NCBI GenBank assembly: GCA_039591655.1
Contig: JBDHDE010000012.1
Location: 1 to 59,756 of the forward strand
Origin: Gemmatimonadota bacterium
Lineage (GTDB): Bacteria > Gemmatimonadota > Gemmatimonadetes > Gemmatimonadales > GWC2-71-9
DNA length: 59,756 bases
Direction: 5' to 3'
Below, one piece after another: positions 48,310 through 59,000 of the stretch. The translations under genes and the position numbers were made by a program. The stretch's first letter is position 1; each line of letters begins with the position of its first letter. The notes beneath the pieces were generated by a model, which made no database searches, was not told the origin of the DNA, and saw nothing but the letters and a program-made list of their open reading frames with translations.

Positions 48310-49146
48310 TCAGTCGAGATGGTCCCGTAGGAAGGCGTGGAGTCGGTCGCGGTATGATGCCCCGCCGACTGCGTAGGTATCGTTGTGGCCTGCGCCGGCG
48401 ATCACCACGAACTCCTCGGCCCGTCCCGCCTGGGCCACGGCGCGGCCCATTGCCAACGGCGCGATCCAATCCTCGCTTCCGTGGAACATGAGGAGGGGAG
48501 CCTCTAGTTGCCGGGCCCGCTCGAGGTTGTCGAGCCCCAGCTCCACCAGCACGCTGGGCATGGGTGCGTAGTGCTCCTGTGCCATGTCCTTGCCGGTGGT
48601 GAACGCAGACTCCAGGACCAGGGCGCGGGCGGGACGCTCCGTCGCCAGGTAGAGCGCCACGGCGCCGCCGATGGACCGGCCGTAGATGGCGATGCGTGTG
48701 CTGTCGATCTCGGGGCGCGCGGTCAGCAGTTCCCACGCTGCGTCCGCGTCCCGGTAGACACCCTCTTCCGATGGAGTTCCCTCGCTCCGGCCGTAGCCGC
48801 GGTAGTCCAGCACCAACATCCCGATGCCGGGAGGTCGGAACTCCCGGAGCACTGGAGCGATGCCGCCGATCGTCTCCATGTTCCCGTAGAACCACAGGAG
48901 ACCGGGCGCCTGTGCGCCTGCGGGAGGCGCGGGACGGGGTGGCAGGTACCACCCCTGGAGCACCTTGCCGTCCGCAGTGGTGGCCTCGACGAGCTCGCCA
49001 TCCGGAATCCCCACGGCTGCCGGTGCCGGCAGGGGGCCCCGTTGGCCGGGAAGTGCCACGCGCTCCTGGAAGCGCCAGGCCAAGAAGACGACCAGCGCGT
49101 AGACCACGACGAGCACTGCGAGCAGTTTGAGTGCCACCGAAAGCAT
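48310..49146 (-). CDS. Membrane-anchored alpha/beta hydrolase (ABHD13/Bem46-like)
   Basis: N-terminal TM, DYRGYG, GRSIGG, HGSED, GHND. Confidence 0.9.
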   Translation of the reverse strand: MLSVALKLLAVLVVVYALVVFLAWRFQERVALPGQRGPLPAPAAVGIPDGELVEATTADGKVLQGWYLPPRPAPPAGAQAPGLLWFYGNMETIGGIAPVLREFRPPGIGMLVLDYRGYGRSEGTPSEEGVYRDADAAWELLTARPEIDSTRIAIYGRSIGGAVALYLATERPARALVLESAFTTGKDMAQEHYAPMPSVLVELGLDNLERARQLEAPLLMFHGSEDWIAPLAMGRAVAQAGRAEEFVVIAGAGHNDTYAVGGASYRDRLHAFLRDHLD

Positions 49147-49160
49147 GGGGAGTAAACTAA

Positions 49161-50510
49161 CTAGCGGGTCTCGCTCAGGAGGTAGCGTGACGCGCAGGTG
49201 CGTCGCGCCGCCCCGATCCACACCCTGACCTCGGCCGGGGTGGGACGGTCGCCCGGCGGTGCGGTCAGTGAAGATCTGGTGCTCCCCGGCGGTGGGTCTC
49301 CGCCCCGGGTCTGGACGGCCCGCCACAGCGGGATGGGCTGACGCCTCGCCAGCGCGCACACCGTGCGCACGTCCAGCGCGTGGAGGGTCGCGGCGTGGCG
49401 TGTCCCGATGCCCCGCAGCGTGACGAGGCGACTGGACTCCACGAGGTCACGGGCCGCGGTGGGTGCCAACCCGGTTCGCTCGGCAACGGCCGTGGCGCTG
49501 TGACGCGCGAGCCGAAACGGCGTCGCGATGCCGGACGCGGAGAGCCGCGCCGCAGCGTCGCTGGAGATCCCCGGGATCTCTGCCAGCCGCGGCACGGTGG
49601 ACGAGATGGTCCACCGCTCCATACTGGTAAGCACGGCCGCCACGAACACGACGGCGAGCGCCACCGTCGGCACCACCCTGCGCGGTGAGTGTCTCGCCTC
49701 ACCGGTCAGCGGCACGCCGACGCCCGCGGCGCACAGGGCGTGATACAGGGCCCAGGCCTCCAGCGCGAAGAGCGGGAATCCCACGAACCCCAGGGGCGGC
49801 ATCTCGAAGAGCTTGGTGTAGTCGAGCCAGGGCACCGTATAGATCCACTTCCCCCGGGCCCAGAAGTTGTAGAACTCCCAGAGGAGACCGATGGCCAGGC
49901 CGCCCAGCATGAGTCGCCCGGGACGTCCCCACTCCCCCCGCTCGATGTCTTTGAGCAGCGACCACTCCGGCCGCCGGCGGTATACGTAGGGGTCCACCAG
50001 CAGCCATACGGCACCCCACACGAGGGGGAAGAACACGCGGGGGAACGCCAGGGCGAGGACCGCCGTGGCGAGACCGGTCAGTGTGGCGGCGTGCAGGTGC
50101 CAGGGCCGCGTCGCCACACCACGAGTGCGCCATCCCCGCCCGATCCCGATCCCGTCGAGCACGCGCGCGGCCAGCACCAGAGCCGGCACGACGGTGGCGA
50201 ACGAGAGGAGAATGCCCGCCCAGCGCTCCGCCGGCACCCGCGGCAGGAACACGTAATACCAATTGCGCAGCCGGAGATTGGCGGCCTCGAACAGGAGCCA
50301 GATGACGGCGGACCAGGCGAACAGGGACACTGCCCGGCGCCCGCTGTGCAGCAGGGGTGCGCTGCCCAATAGGCGGCTGGCGAGCCGGTCGAGCAGCAGC
50401 AGCGTCGGGTACCATACGAAGACGTAGAACCACGTGGGCACCGGATCCACCTGGAGGAGCAGCAGCACCCACGCCGCCGCAATCACGATCAGTGACAGTG
50501 CGACCACCAT
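49161..50510 (-). CDS. Multi-pass membrane protein with C-terminal helix-hairpin-helix (DUF4332-like) domain
   Basis: About 9 TMs with WEFYNFWA…KWIYTVP…LFEMP; C-terminal LAEIPGIS and LVTLRGIG HhH-like motifs. Confidence 0.75.
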   Translation of the reverse strand: MVVALSLIVIAAAWVLLLLQVDPVPTWFYVFVWYPTLLLLDRLASRLLGSAPLLHSGRRAVSLFAWSAVIWLLFEAANLRLRNWYYVFLPRVPAERWAGILLSFATVVPALVLAARVLDGIGIGRGWRTRGVATRPWHLHAATLTGLATAVLALAFPRVFFPLVWGAVWLLVDPYVYRRRPEWSLLKDIERGEWGRPGRLMLGGLAIGLLWEFYNFWARGKWIYTVPWLDYTKLFEMPPLGFVGFPLFALEAWALYHALCAAGVGVPLTGEARHSPRRVVPTVALAVVFVAAVLTSMERWTISSTVPRLAEIPGISSDAAARLSASGIATPFRLARHSATAVAERTGLAPTAARDLVESSRLVTLRGIGTRHAATLHALDVRTVCALARRQPIPLWRAVQTRGGDPPPGSTRSSLTAPPGDRPTPAEVRVWIGAARRTCASRYLLSETR

Positions 50511-50609
50511 CGCTCTCAAGCTCGCGTACGGAAGAGTCGAACGCCAGCGTCCAGGGAACTGCCACGCACTGACTTGCTTCTGCGGTGAGGGGGCGGTTTG
50601 ATTGCCGCT

Positions 50610-51539
50610 ATGCCTGACGCTGCCATTGCGTGTCGCGATCTCGTCAAACGGTACGGGGAGGTCACCGCCGTTGCCGGGATCGACCTGGAGGTGCCCCGGG
50701 GTGAGTGCTTCGGCATGCTGGGGCCGAACGGTGCGGGCAAGACCACCACCATCGAGATCCTGCAGGGGCTCAGGCAGCCCGACGCGGGCGACGTCGCGGT
50801 GCTGGGGCTCACCTGGGATGCGCACGAGGGAGAGCTGCGGCAGCGCATGGGGACCCAGCTCCAGGAGACGAAGCTCCCGGAGAAGTTGAAGGTGGAGGAG
50901 GCCGTACGCCTGTTCCGCAGCTTCTACCACCGCGGGCGTGACGCCGACGAGGTACTCGAGATGGTCGGGTTGGTGGAGAAGCGCGGCGCCTGGGTGGGGA
51001 AGCTCTCCGGCGGGCAGCGACAGCGGCTCGCCGTGGCCTGCGCGCTAGTGTGCGAGCCCGATCTCCTGTTCCTGGACGAGCCGACGACGGGGCTCGATCC
51101 TCAGTCGCGCCGGCAGGTGTGGCGCATCATCGCGGAGTTCAGCAGTCGGGGCGGCACCGTGCTGCTCACGACGCACTACATGGAGGAGGCCGAGCGGCTG
51201 TGCGATCGAGTGGCCGTCGTGGATCACGGCCGCATCATCGCTTTGGGCACGCCCCGTCAGCTCATCGCGTCCCTGGGCGCTGAGCACGTGGTGGAGTTCG
51301 CGCTGGAGGACGGCTCGGTGCCCGCCGACGACGAGCTGCTACGGCTCCCCGGTGTGGAGCAGGTTGCCCGGGAGAACGGTAGAACCCACCTGACTGTGAG
51401 CCGGGTGCATCAGGCGGTGCCGGCCCTGATGCGGCTACTGGGTGAGCGCGGCGCGTCCCTGAGCGAGCTCACGACCCACCACGCGACGTTGGAGGATGTG
51501 TTCCTGAACCTCACCGGCAGGCACCTGCGCGATGAGTAG
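50610..51539 (+). CDS. ABC-2 type exporter ATP-binding protein
   Basis: GPNGAGKTT, LSGGQRQR, FLDEPTTGLD, TTHYMEEA. Confidence 0.93.
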   Translation: MPDAAIACRDLVKRYGEVTAVAGIDLEVPRGECFGMLGPNGAGKTTTIEILQGLRQPDAGDVAVLGLTWDAHEGELRQRMGTQLQETKLPEKLKVEEAVRLFRSFYHRGRDADEVLEMVGLVEKRGAWVGKLSGGQRQRLAVACALVCEPDLLFLDEPTTGLDPQSRRQVWRIIAEFSSRGGTVLLTTHYMEEAERLCDRVAVVDHGRIIALGTPRQLIASLGAEHVVEFALEDGSVPADDELLRLPGVEQVARENGRTHLTVSRVHQAVPALMRLLGERGASLSELTTHHATLEDVFLNLTGRHLRDE

Positions 51540-52572
51540 GTCCCGCATCGCCCCGGTCGTCGAGCTCACGCTGTGGCGCATCCGCGAGTTCACCCGCGAG
51601 CCGGAGGCGCTGTTCTGGGTATTCGCGTTTCCCATCGTGCTGGCGTTCGCCCTCGGGCTGGCGTTCAAGAGTCGGGGCCCCGAGGTCGTGCGGGTGGCGG
51701 TGGAGTCGGGAGCCGGCGCCGCGGCGCTGGCGGACGCGTTGAACGCCGCAGACCGCGTGGAAGCCGTGCTGCTCGACAGCGCGGACGCGCACGAGCGGCT
51801 CCGTACCGGGCGCGTGGCCATAGTGGTGCGCTCCGGGGACCCTCTGGTGCTGCGCTACGATACGACGCGGACCGAGAGCGACGTCGCGCGCTTGGTGGTG
51901 GGGGACGCGCTCCAGGAGGCGGCTGGACGCCGCGACGTGGCGGTGATCAGGGACGTGCGGGTCACCGAGCCCGGCGCCCGCTACATCGACTTCCTGATTC
52001 CGGGCCTCATCGGCCTGAACATCATGGGGACGGGGATGTGGGGCATCGGCTTCGGCATCGTGAAGGCCCGCAACGACAAGCTGCTCAAGCGGCTGCTCGC
52101 TTCGCCGATGCACAGGAGCGACTTCATGCTCTCTTTCATGCTGGCGCGCCTGTTCTTCCTGGGGTTCGAGGTGGCTGCCGTGCTGCTGTTCGGCTACCTG
52201 ATATTCGACGTGCCGGTGCGGGGATCCCTCCTGGCCATCGCGACGATCGTGGTGCTCGGAGCCATGGCCTTCTCGGGGCTGGGGCTGCTGGTGGCGAGTC
52301 GCGCCAAGACGATCGAGGGGGTATCGGGTCTGATGAACCTGGTGATGGTCCCGATGTGGATCCTGTCCGGCGTGTTCTTCGCCTACTCCCACTTCCCCGA
52401 GGGCCTGCAACCGTTCATCCGCCCGTTGCCCCTCACGGTCCTGAACGACGCCCTCCGAGCAGTGCTGCTGGACGGGGCGCCGCTGCTGACCACGGCAGGA
52501 TTCCTGGGCCTGCTGGTGGCCTGGGGCGGCGTGAGCTTCGGGGTGGCGCTCAAGATCTTCCGCTGGCAGTGA
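51532..52572 (+). CDS. ABC-2 type exporter permease
   Basis: FWVFAFP, YIDFLIPG, LSGVFF, FRWQ C-terminus. Confidence 0.9.
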   Translation: MSRSRIAPVVELTLWRIREFTREPEALFWVFAFPIVLAFALGLAFKSRGPEVVRVAVESGAGAAALADALNAADRVEAVLLDSADAHERLRTGRVAIVVRSGDPLVLRYDTTRTESDVARLVVGDALQEAAGRRDVAVIRDVRVTEPGARYIDFLIPGLIGLNIMGTGMWGIGFGIVKARNDKLLKRLLASPMHRSDFMLSFMLARLFFLGFEVAAVLLFGYLIFDVPVRGSLLAIATIVVLGAMAFSGLGLLVASRAKTIEGVSGLMNLVMVPMWILSGVFFAYSHFPEGLQPFIRPLPLTVLNDALRAVLLDGAPLLTTAGFLGLLVAWGGVSFGVALKIFRWQ

Positions 52573-52584
52573 AACCTCTCCTGG

Positions 52585-52639
52585 TTGACGCCGTAGGGTC
52601 CACAAGCTAGCCTTAACACCGTTAAGTTAACGGCGTTAA
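52585..52639 (+). promoter_or_regulatory. sigma70 promoter plus double-palindrome operator of the TetR-RND operon
   Basis: TTGACG-N17-TAGCCT, directly followed by TTAACACCGTTAA-G-TTAACGGCGTTAA. Confidence 0.75.
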
Positions 52640-52697
52640 CCCAGCCAAGGCCGAGCCCTGGCACCCCCGGGCCGGTCTCTCTGTCGCTGAGGAGAAG

Positions 52698-53375
52698 ATG
52701 ACGGCCAACGAACCCAACGGTCGGGCGACCGGCGCCAGCGAGGTGGCGATCCTCGAGGCGGCTCGGGACCTGCTGGCGGAGAAGGGTCTCCAGGGACTCT
52801 CCATGCGCACCGTCGCCCAGCGCGTCGGCGTGTCCGCCACCGCGATCTACCACTACTTCGAGAACAAGGACGAGCTCGTCCGACGCGTCGTGCAGGGCGG
52901 CTTCCGCCGCTTCGGTGAGTACATAGAGGATGCCATGCGGCGCCACCCCCGGGGCTCGCTGGAGCGGGTGCGGGCGGTGGGCGAGGCCTATCTCCAGTTC
53001 GCGCTGGAGAACCAGGCGTACTTCCGGGTGCTGTTCAGCCTGCAGCATCCCGATCCCCACACCCTGGAGGACCTCCCCGAGGGAGGCGGCTATGGGCTGC
53101 TGCGGCAGGCGGTGGTGGACGCGATGCAGGCGGGGACCATGCGGGAGATCGATCCCGATCTGATGGTGATGTTCCTGTGGAGCCTCACGCATGGATTGCT
53201 CACCATCAGCATGGCGTGCCGCATCGAACAATGCCCGGAGTTCGAGAGAGAAGCGGTGTCGCACACGCCGCTGGAGTTGTTCCAGGCGTTCGGCCCGCTG
53301 GTGCGGGAGGGCGTGCTGGGACCGGCCGGCGTCGCGTCGGCTGCTGACGAACAGATCGTGTCGGGAGGAGAGTGA
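52698..53375 (+). CDS. TetR/AcrR-family regulator (WHG-type C-domain)
   Basis: ILEAARDLL…LSMRTVAQRVGVSATAIYHYFENKDEL HTH; WSLTHG. Confidence 0.93.
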   Translation: MTANEPNGRATGASEVAILEAARDLLAEKGLQGLSMRTVAQRVGVSATAIYHYFENKDELVRRVVQGGFRRFGEYIEDAMRRHPRGSLERVRAVGEAYLQFALENQAYFRVLFSLQHPDPHTLEDLPEGGGYGLLRQAVVDAMQAGTMREIDPDLMVMFLWSLTHGLLTISMACRIEQCPEFEREAVSHTPLELFQAFGPLVREGVLGPAGVASAADEQIVSGGE

Positions 53376-53379
53376 GGTG

Positions 53380-54852
53380 ATGCAGGTGAATCGATTGCGG
53401 GTGTTCTCGACGGCCGCGGCGCTGCTCGCGGTCACCGTCCTGGCAGGTCCCCTTGCCGCTCAGGAGCAGGCACAGGTCGAGACCTTCGGCCTGGTAAGGG
53501 CGGTCCAGGTGGGCCTGGCAAACAGCCGCGTGATGGCCAATGCCGAGTACCAGCTGCAGGCGGCGAATATGCAGGTGAAGGACGCGTGGGGCAGTGCGTT
53601 CCCGGACATCTTTGCCTCGGCCTCGTATTCGCGGAGCGTGATCAAGCAGGAGATCTTCCTGCCTGCTGAGTTCTTCGGGGGCCCGCCGGGCGAGACGCGT
53701 CCCATTCCAGTGGGCTCGGACAACAACTGGAACGCCCACTTCGAGATCAGCCAGCCCCTGTTCGAGTACGGCATCGTGGTCGGTGTGGGCGCCGCGAACC
53801 GGTTCCGGGAGCTCAAGGAAGAGGAGCTGCGCGGCACCGCGCAGCAGGTGGTGTCGGTGATTCGGGATGCTTACTTCGCCACCCTGCTCTCCGTTGAGCA
53901 GCTCAGGTTGGTGGAGGAGAGTCTGGAGCGGGTGGGCGCGACCCTGGAGGAGACTCGGGCCCGGCATCGGGCGGGTCTGGTGAGCAGCTACGACGTGCTG
54001 CGCCTCGAGGTCGAGTTCGCCAGCGTGGAGGCCAATCTCCAGCTGGCGCGCAACAGGGTGGAGGCCCGCAAGCGCACGCTGCTGGTGGAGATGGGGCTCG
54101 ACCCGAAACTGGTGATCGACATCGAGGGTGACCTCAACGCGATGGATCTCGAGGACCCGAGCGCGAACGACATCTACAATGCCGAATTGCTGCGCCTGGC
54201 GGGTCCGGCGGAAGAGGAGATCCAGGATGAAGAGCGGCTCCTCGAGCTGGCGTACAACCAGCGCACCGACCTGCGCCAACTCCGCTCGGCAGTCAGCCTG
54301 GAGGAGTCGCGCGTTTCCGGGGAGAAGTCGGAATTCTATCCCAAGCTCTCGTTCTTCTCCAATTACGACATCATGGCACAGCAGAACGACCCGGTGAAGT
54401 TCTTCGGCACCGGCGGGCAGACGCGCACGAGCTTCGCGAACGCCGGGCTCCAGCTCGAAATCCCGATCTTCCAGGGCGGGAGCCGGTTCGCCCGGGTGCA
54501 CGAGGCCGAGGCGATGGTACGGCAGCAGGAGACCCTGCTCGAGCGGGCTGAGCAAGAGGCGATCAACCAGATCCGCACCCTGGTAGACGGTGTGTCCGAG
54601 GCGCGCCAGCGGGCGGCCAGCCAGAAACTGGCAGTGCAGTCGGCACAGCGGGGCTTCGACATTGCCACCGCCGAGTACGGCGAGGGCATCGGCTCGCAGT
54701 TGCAGGTGACCGACGCTGAAGAGGCTCTGCGGCAGTCCCAATTCGCCTACGCGCAGGCAGCCTTCGACTATCTCAGCGCCCGGTCGCTACTGGACCTGGC
54801 GCTCGGAACCGTGCCGGAAGTCGACGAGATCCTTCCGGAAAACGACAGCTGA
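53380..54852 (+). CDS. TolC-family outer-membrane efflux protein
   Basis: Signal peptide, FPDI/YPKL repeats, LEIPIFQGG, position in the operon. Confidence 0.9.
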   Translation: MQVNRLRVFSTAAALLAVTVLAGPLAAQEQAQVETFGLVRAVQVGLANSRVMANAEYQLQAANMQVKDAWGSAFPDIFASASYSRSVIKQEIFLPAEFFGGPPGETRPIPVGSDNNWNAHFEISQPLFEYGIVVGVGAANRFRELKEEELRGTAQQVVSVIRDAYFATLLSVEQLRLVEESLERVGATLEETRARHRAGLVSSYDVLRLEVEFASVEANLQLARNRVEARKRTLLVEMGLDPKLVIDIEGDLNAMDLEDPSANDIYNAELLRLAGPAEEEIQDEERLLELAYNQRTDLRQLRSAVSLEESRVSGEKSEFYPKLSFFSNYDIMAQQNDPVKFFGTGGQTRTSFANAGLQLEIPIFQGGSRFARVHEAEAMVRQQETLLERAEQEAINQIRTLVDGVSEARQRAASQKLAVQSAQRGFDIATAEYGEGIGSQLQVTDAEEALRQSQFAYAQAAFDYLSARSLLDLALGTVPEVDEILPENDS

Positions 54853-56006
54853 TGGAGACCGCGAGCATGCAGATGGAGACGAGGTGGGGGAGAGCGGTGC
54901 GGCGGGGCCGGTGGGCGCCGGTGGTCGCGCTGGGAGCTGTGGCGGGCCTGGTGGCGGGCGTGGCGGCCTGCCAGCCCTCGGACGGTGGGGAGGTGCAGGC
55001 GGAGCAGCGCGACGTGGCCGATACCACCGGCGCGCGCATCGTGAACGTCGAGGTCACACCTGTCAGCCTGACCGGTTTCGTGGACTACATCCGGATCACC
55101 GGGGAGGTCGAGGCGATGTACGATGTCACCGTCTCGGCCGAAGAGTCCGGTGCCATCCTGCGGTTCCTCGCGGAGAAGGGCGCCCGCGTGGGCCGCGGCC
55201 AGGTGCTTGCCAAGATCGACGATGCGCTGCTGAGCGCATCGGTGAGCGAGGCAGAAGCGCTGGCGGACGTAGCGCGAGAGCAGTACGAGCGCCAGCGGCG
55301 CCTCTGGGAAGACGAGGGCATCGGCAGCGAGATCGCGTTCCTGCAGGCCCGGTCGAGCGCCGCCGCCGCGGAGGCGCGGCTCGAAACGCTCCGCGCACGG
55401 CTGGCCAGGACCGAGATCAAGGCGCCGGTCGCGGGGATCTTTGACGAGAAGTTCGCCGAGGTGGGAGAGATGGTGGCTCCGGGCACGCCGGTCGCCCGCG
55501 TGGTCTCGGTGGACCGGGTCAAGATCACCGGCGGGGTGCCGGAGCGGTTCGCGCTCTTCGTGCATCCCGGTGACAGTGCCCGGGTGACGTTGGACCCCCT
55601 CGGTGACCGCGAGTTCGTCGGGACGATCCGGTTCGTCGGCACCAGTGTCGACCCGCGCAACCGCACGTTTCCCATCGAGATCGTGCTGGACAACCCCGGC
55701 AACCTGATCAAGCCGCGGATGGTCGCGAACGTGCAGGTAGAGCGGGAGCGGATGGAGGACGTGGTCGTGGTGCCGCAACAGGTCGTGCTGCGCACCGAGG
55801 GCGGCTATCAGGTGTACGTCGTAGCGGACCGGAACGGGCATCTGGTGGCGCAGGCGCGGGCCGTGGAGCTCGGCCCCTCCTTCGCCAACCGGACGGTGAT
55901 CGCCTCGGGCCTCGCGGTCGGGGACCGGCTGATCACGGTGGGTGGCCGGCTGGTGGACGACGGAAGCTTCGTCAGGATCGTCGCCAGCGCCGGAGGTGAG
56001 GGATGA
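54852..56006 (+). CDS. RND periplasmic adaptor (MFP), lipoprotein
   Basis: VAA|C, VSAEESG, IKAPVAG, VDPRNRTF, GLAVGDRLI. Confidence 0.9.
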   Translation: METASMQMETRWGRAVRRGRWAPVVALGAVAGLVAGVAACQPSDGGEVQAEQRDVADTTGARIVNVEVTPVSLTGFVDYIRITGEVEAMYDVTVSAEESGAILRFLAEKGARVGRGQVLAKIDDALLSASVSEAEALADVAREQYERQRRLWEDEGIGSEIAFLQARSSAAAAEARLETLRARLARTEIKAPVAGIFDEKFAEVGEMVAPGTPVARVVSVDRVKITGGVPERFALFVHPGDSARVTLDPLGDREFVGTIRFVGTSVDPRNRTFPIEIVLDNPGNLIKPRMVANVQVERERMEDVVVVPQQVVLRTEGGYQVYVVADRNGHLVAQARAVELGPSFANRTVIASGLAVGDRLITVGGRLVDDGSFVRIVASAGGEG

Positions 56007-59000
56007 CCGACCGTAAGGGCGACACGGGCGAGTTCCGGACGCCGGGGGCGGGTGACAGCGGCGTGCACCGCAAGGCGTCCGCGACGGATCCCAGCCGGCT
56101 GAGCGGCGCACACCTCAAGTCCGGGCAGGCCACCGACTCGCGCCACAAGCGCAAGTTCAAGGAATTCCGCCTCACTTCGTTTGCGATCGACCATCCGACG
56201 AGCGTGATGGTGATGACGCTGATCCTGGTCCTGATGGGGCTGATGTCCTACATCCGGGTCCCGAAGGAGATGGCGCCGGAGATCGTCATTCCGTTCATCC
56301 TCGTCAACACGATCTACCCCGGGGTGGCGCCGGGGGACATCGAGACGCTCATCACCGAGCCGCTGGAGGACGAGCTCAACACCATCGGCGACATCAAGAC
56401 CATCACGTCGATCTCGGCCGAGAGCTACTCGATGATCACCATCGAGTTCGTGGCCGGGATGGACATGAACGAGGCGCTGCAGCGCGTGCGCGAGAAGGTG
56501 GACATCGCGAAGCCCGAGCTGCCGCCCGCGGCGGAGGAGCCGGAGATCATCGAGATCAACTTCTCCGACTTCCCGATCATGCAGGTCAACATCGCCGGGG
56601 ATTACAACGAGGTACGGCTGCGCGAGGTCGCCGAGGATCTGCAGGACCGCCTGGAGCAGATCCCCAGCGTGCTCGAGGCCCGCTTGGCGGGCGGGCTGGA
56701 GCGCGAGGTGCACGTCGACGTGGATCTGGCCAAGCTCAAGTTCTACGACGTCACATTCGACGATGTGATCGATGCGGTCCGGTTCGAGAACGTGACCGTT
56801 CCGGGCGGCTCCATCGACGTGGGCGACGTGAAGTTCCTGGTGCGGGTACCGGGAGAGTTCGAGGAGACCGCGCCGATCGCCGACATCGTGGTCGTCACGC
56901 GCAGCGGGCGACCGATATACCTGCGCGACGTGGCCACCGTGGACTTCGGCTTCAAGGAGCGCGAGAGCCTGGCACGCCTGGATGGCAACCCGGTCATCTC
57001 CCTCGCCATCATCAAGCGCGCGGGCGAGAACATCATCGCGGCCGCCGACGCCGTGCGCGAGGTGATTGGTGACAGGGAGCGCGACTTCCCGCCGGGCACG
57101 GTGGTGAAGATCACGTCCGACGTGTCGCAGGACATCCAGGACATGGTGAGCAGCCTCGAGAACAACATCATCTCGGGGCTGATATTGGTGATGGCGGTGC
57201 TGATCTTCGTGCTGGGCGTGCGCACGGCTCCCTTCGTGGGACTGGCGATCCCGCTCTCCATGCTGCTGTCCTTCTCCATCATCCGGTTTGTCGGGTTCTC
57301 GATGAACATGGTGGTGCTGTTCAGCCTTATCCTCGCGCTCGGGATGCTGGTGGACAACGCCATCGTGGTGGTCGAGAACATCTACCGCTTCCGGGAGCGG
57401 CGGTTCGATCGCGTGCGGGCGGCGAAGTACGCCACTGCGGAGGTGGCTGTGCCGATCATTGCATCCACGGCAACGACCCTCGCGGCGTTCTTCCCGATGA
57501 CTTTCTGGCCGGGCATCGTGGGCGAGTTCATGAAGTACCTGCCGCTCACGCTGATCATCACGCTGAGCTCCTCGCTGTTCGTGGCCCTGGTGATCCTGCC
57601 TACGTTGGCTGCACGGATGCTGGACACCGAGGACGCACCGGTCGGCATGACGCAGGGGCTTCGTCGAGTGCTGATCGGGGCAGCAGTGCTCACGGGCGTC
57701 GTGCTCATGTTCGTGAACCCGCTTACCGCGACGCTGCTGCTGGTGACGGGCGCGGCGGTGTACGGCTTCCACCATTACGTGGGACACCCCGCGGGGCACT
57801 GGCTCATGACCAAGGGACTGCCGCGCTTCATCGAGCGGTACGAGGTGGTGCTGCGCTGGGCGCTGAATCACCGCTGGCGCATGGTGGGTGGCGCCGCGGG
57901 TGCACTCATCGTCGCGGTGATGCTGTTCGGTGTGTTCAACGCGGGGGTGGAGTTCTTCCCCGAGAACGTCCCGCCCACTACGGCCTACATCCAGGTCGAG
58001 GCACCGCTGGGAACGCGCCTGGAGGAGGCGGACCGGATCGCGCGCCAGCTCGAATCCGAGGTCGCGGGCATCGAGGGGCGTGAGGATGTCGAGTCGGTAG
58101 TAGCGACCGTGGGATCCCGGCTGAGCGGGGGGTTCGGGGGCGGGCAGGGGACCCACCTCGCCACGGTCGCCGTCAACTTTGTGGACTTCGAGGACCGGCA
58201 GGGCGACGTGTTCGCCACCGTCAACCGCATCCGGGAGACTGCGGGCAGGAACCTGGCGGGTGCCGACATCTCCGTCGAGGAGCCGGAGATGGGGCCGCCG
58301 ACTGGTTTGCCCATCGCGATCGAGATCACCGGCGACGATGCCAGGGTCCTGAAGAGGCTCGGGGACGAGGTGGTGTCGATCCTCGAGGCTTCGTCCATCT
58401 TCGCCAAGCTGGACGGACTGGAGAGCGACATGGCGGAGGGCCGTCCGGAGCTCGTCATCGACGTGGATCGCGAGAAGGCGGCGCTCTACGGACTGACCAC
58501 ACAGGACATCGGCTGGACCATCCGTAACGCCATCAACGGCACGGAGGCGTCCCAGTACCGCGACGGCAAGGACGAGTACGACATCACGGTCCGGCTGGCC
58601 AAGGAGTACCGCGAGGATCTGAGCTCGCTCGGAGATCTGACCGTCACGAGCGACATGGGAGACCAGGTCCCCCTCTCGTCGGTGGCCGCCTGGCGCGTCG
58701 ACAAGGGTTACGGCGACGTGAACCGCAAGGACCTGGATCGGATGGTCACCGTCTCTTCGGACGTGCGCTCGGGCTACAACGCCAACGCCGTGCTGGGAGA
58801 GGTGCAGGCGGAGCTGGCGGACTTGCAGGCGGCGCTGCCCACCGGCTACCGGCTGCGCTACGCGGGGCAACAGCAGGAGCAGGAGGAGTCCCAGGCGTTC
58901 CTCACCGGCGCGTTCTTGATGGCGCTGTTCCTGATCGGGTTCATCTTGGTGTCCCAGTTCGACTCGATAACTAAGCCGTTCATCATCCTGAGCTCCATCT

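Noticed and set aside
55808..58870. 1020-aa minus-strand ORF and similar long antisense ORFs (8298-9878, 25071-26432, 46998-48491, 53206-54741)
   Set aside because: Shadow ORFs opposite well-supported genes, expected from high GC3 codon bias; no recognisable motifs.
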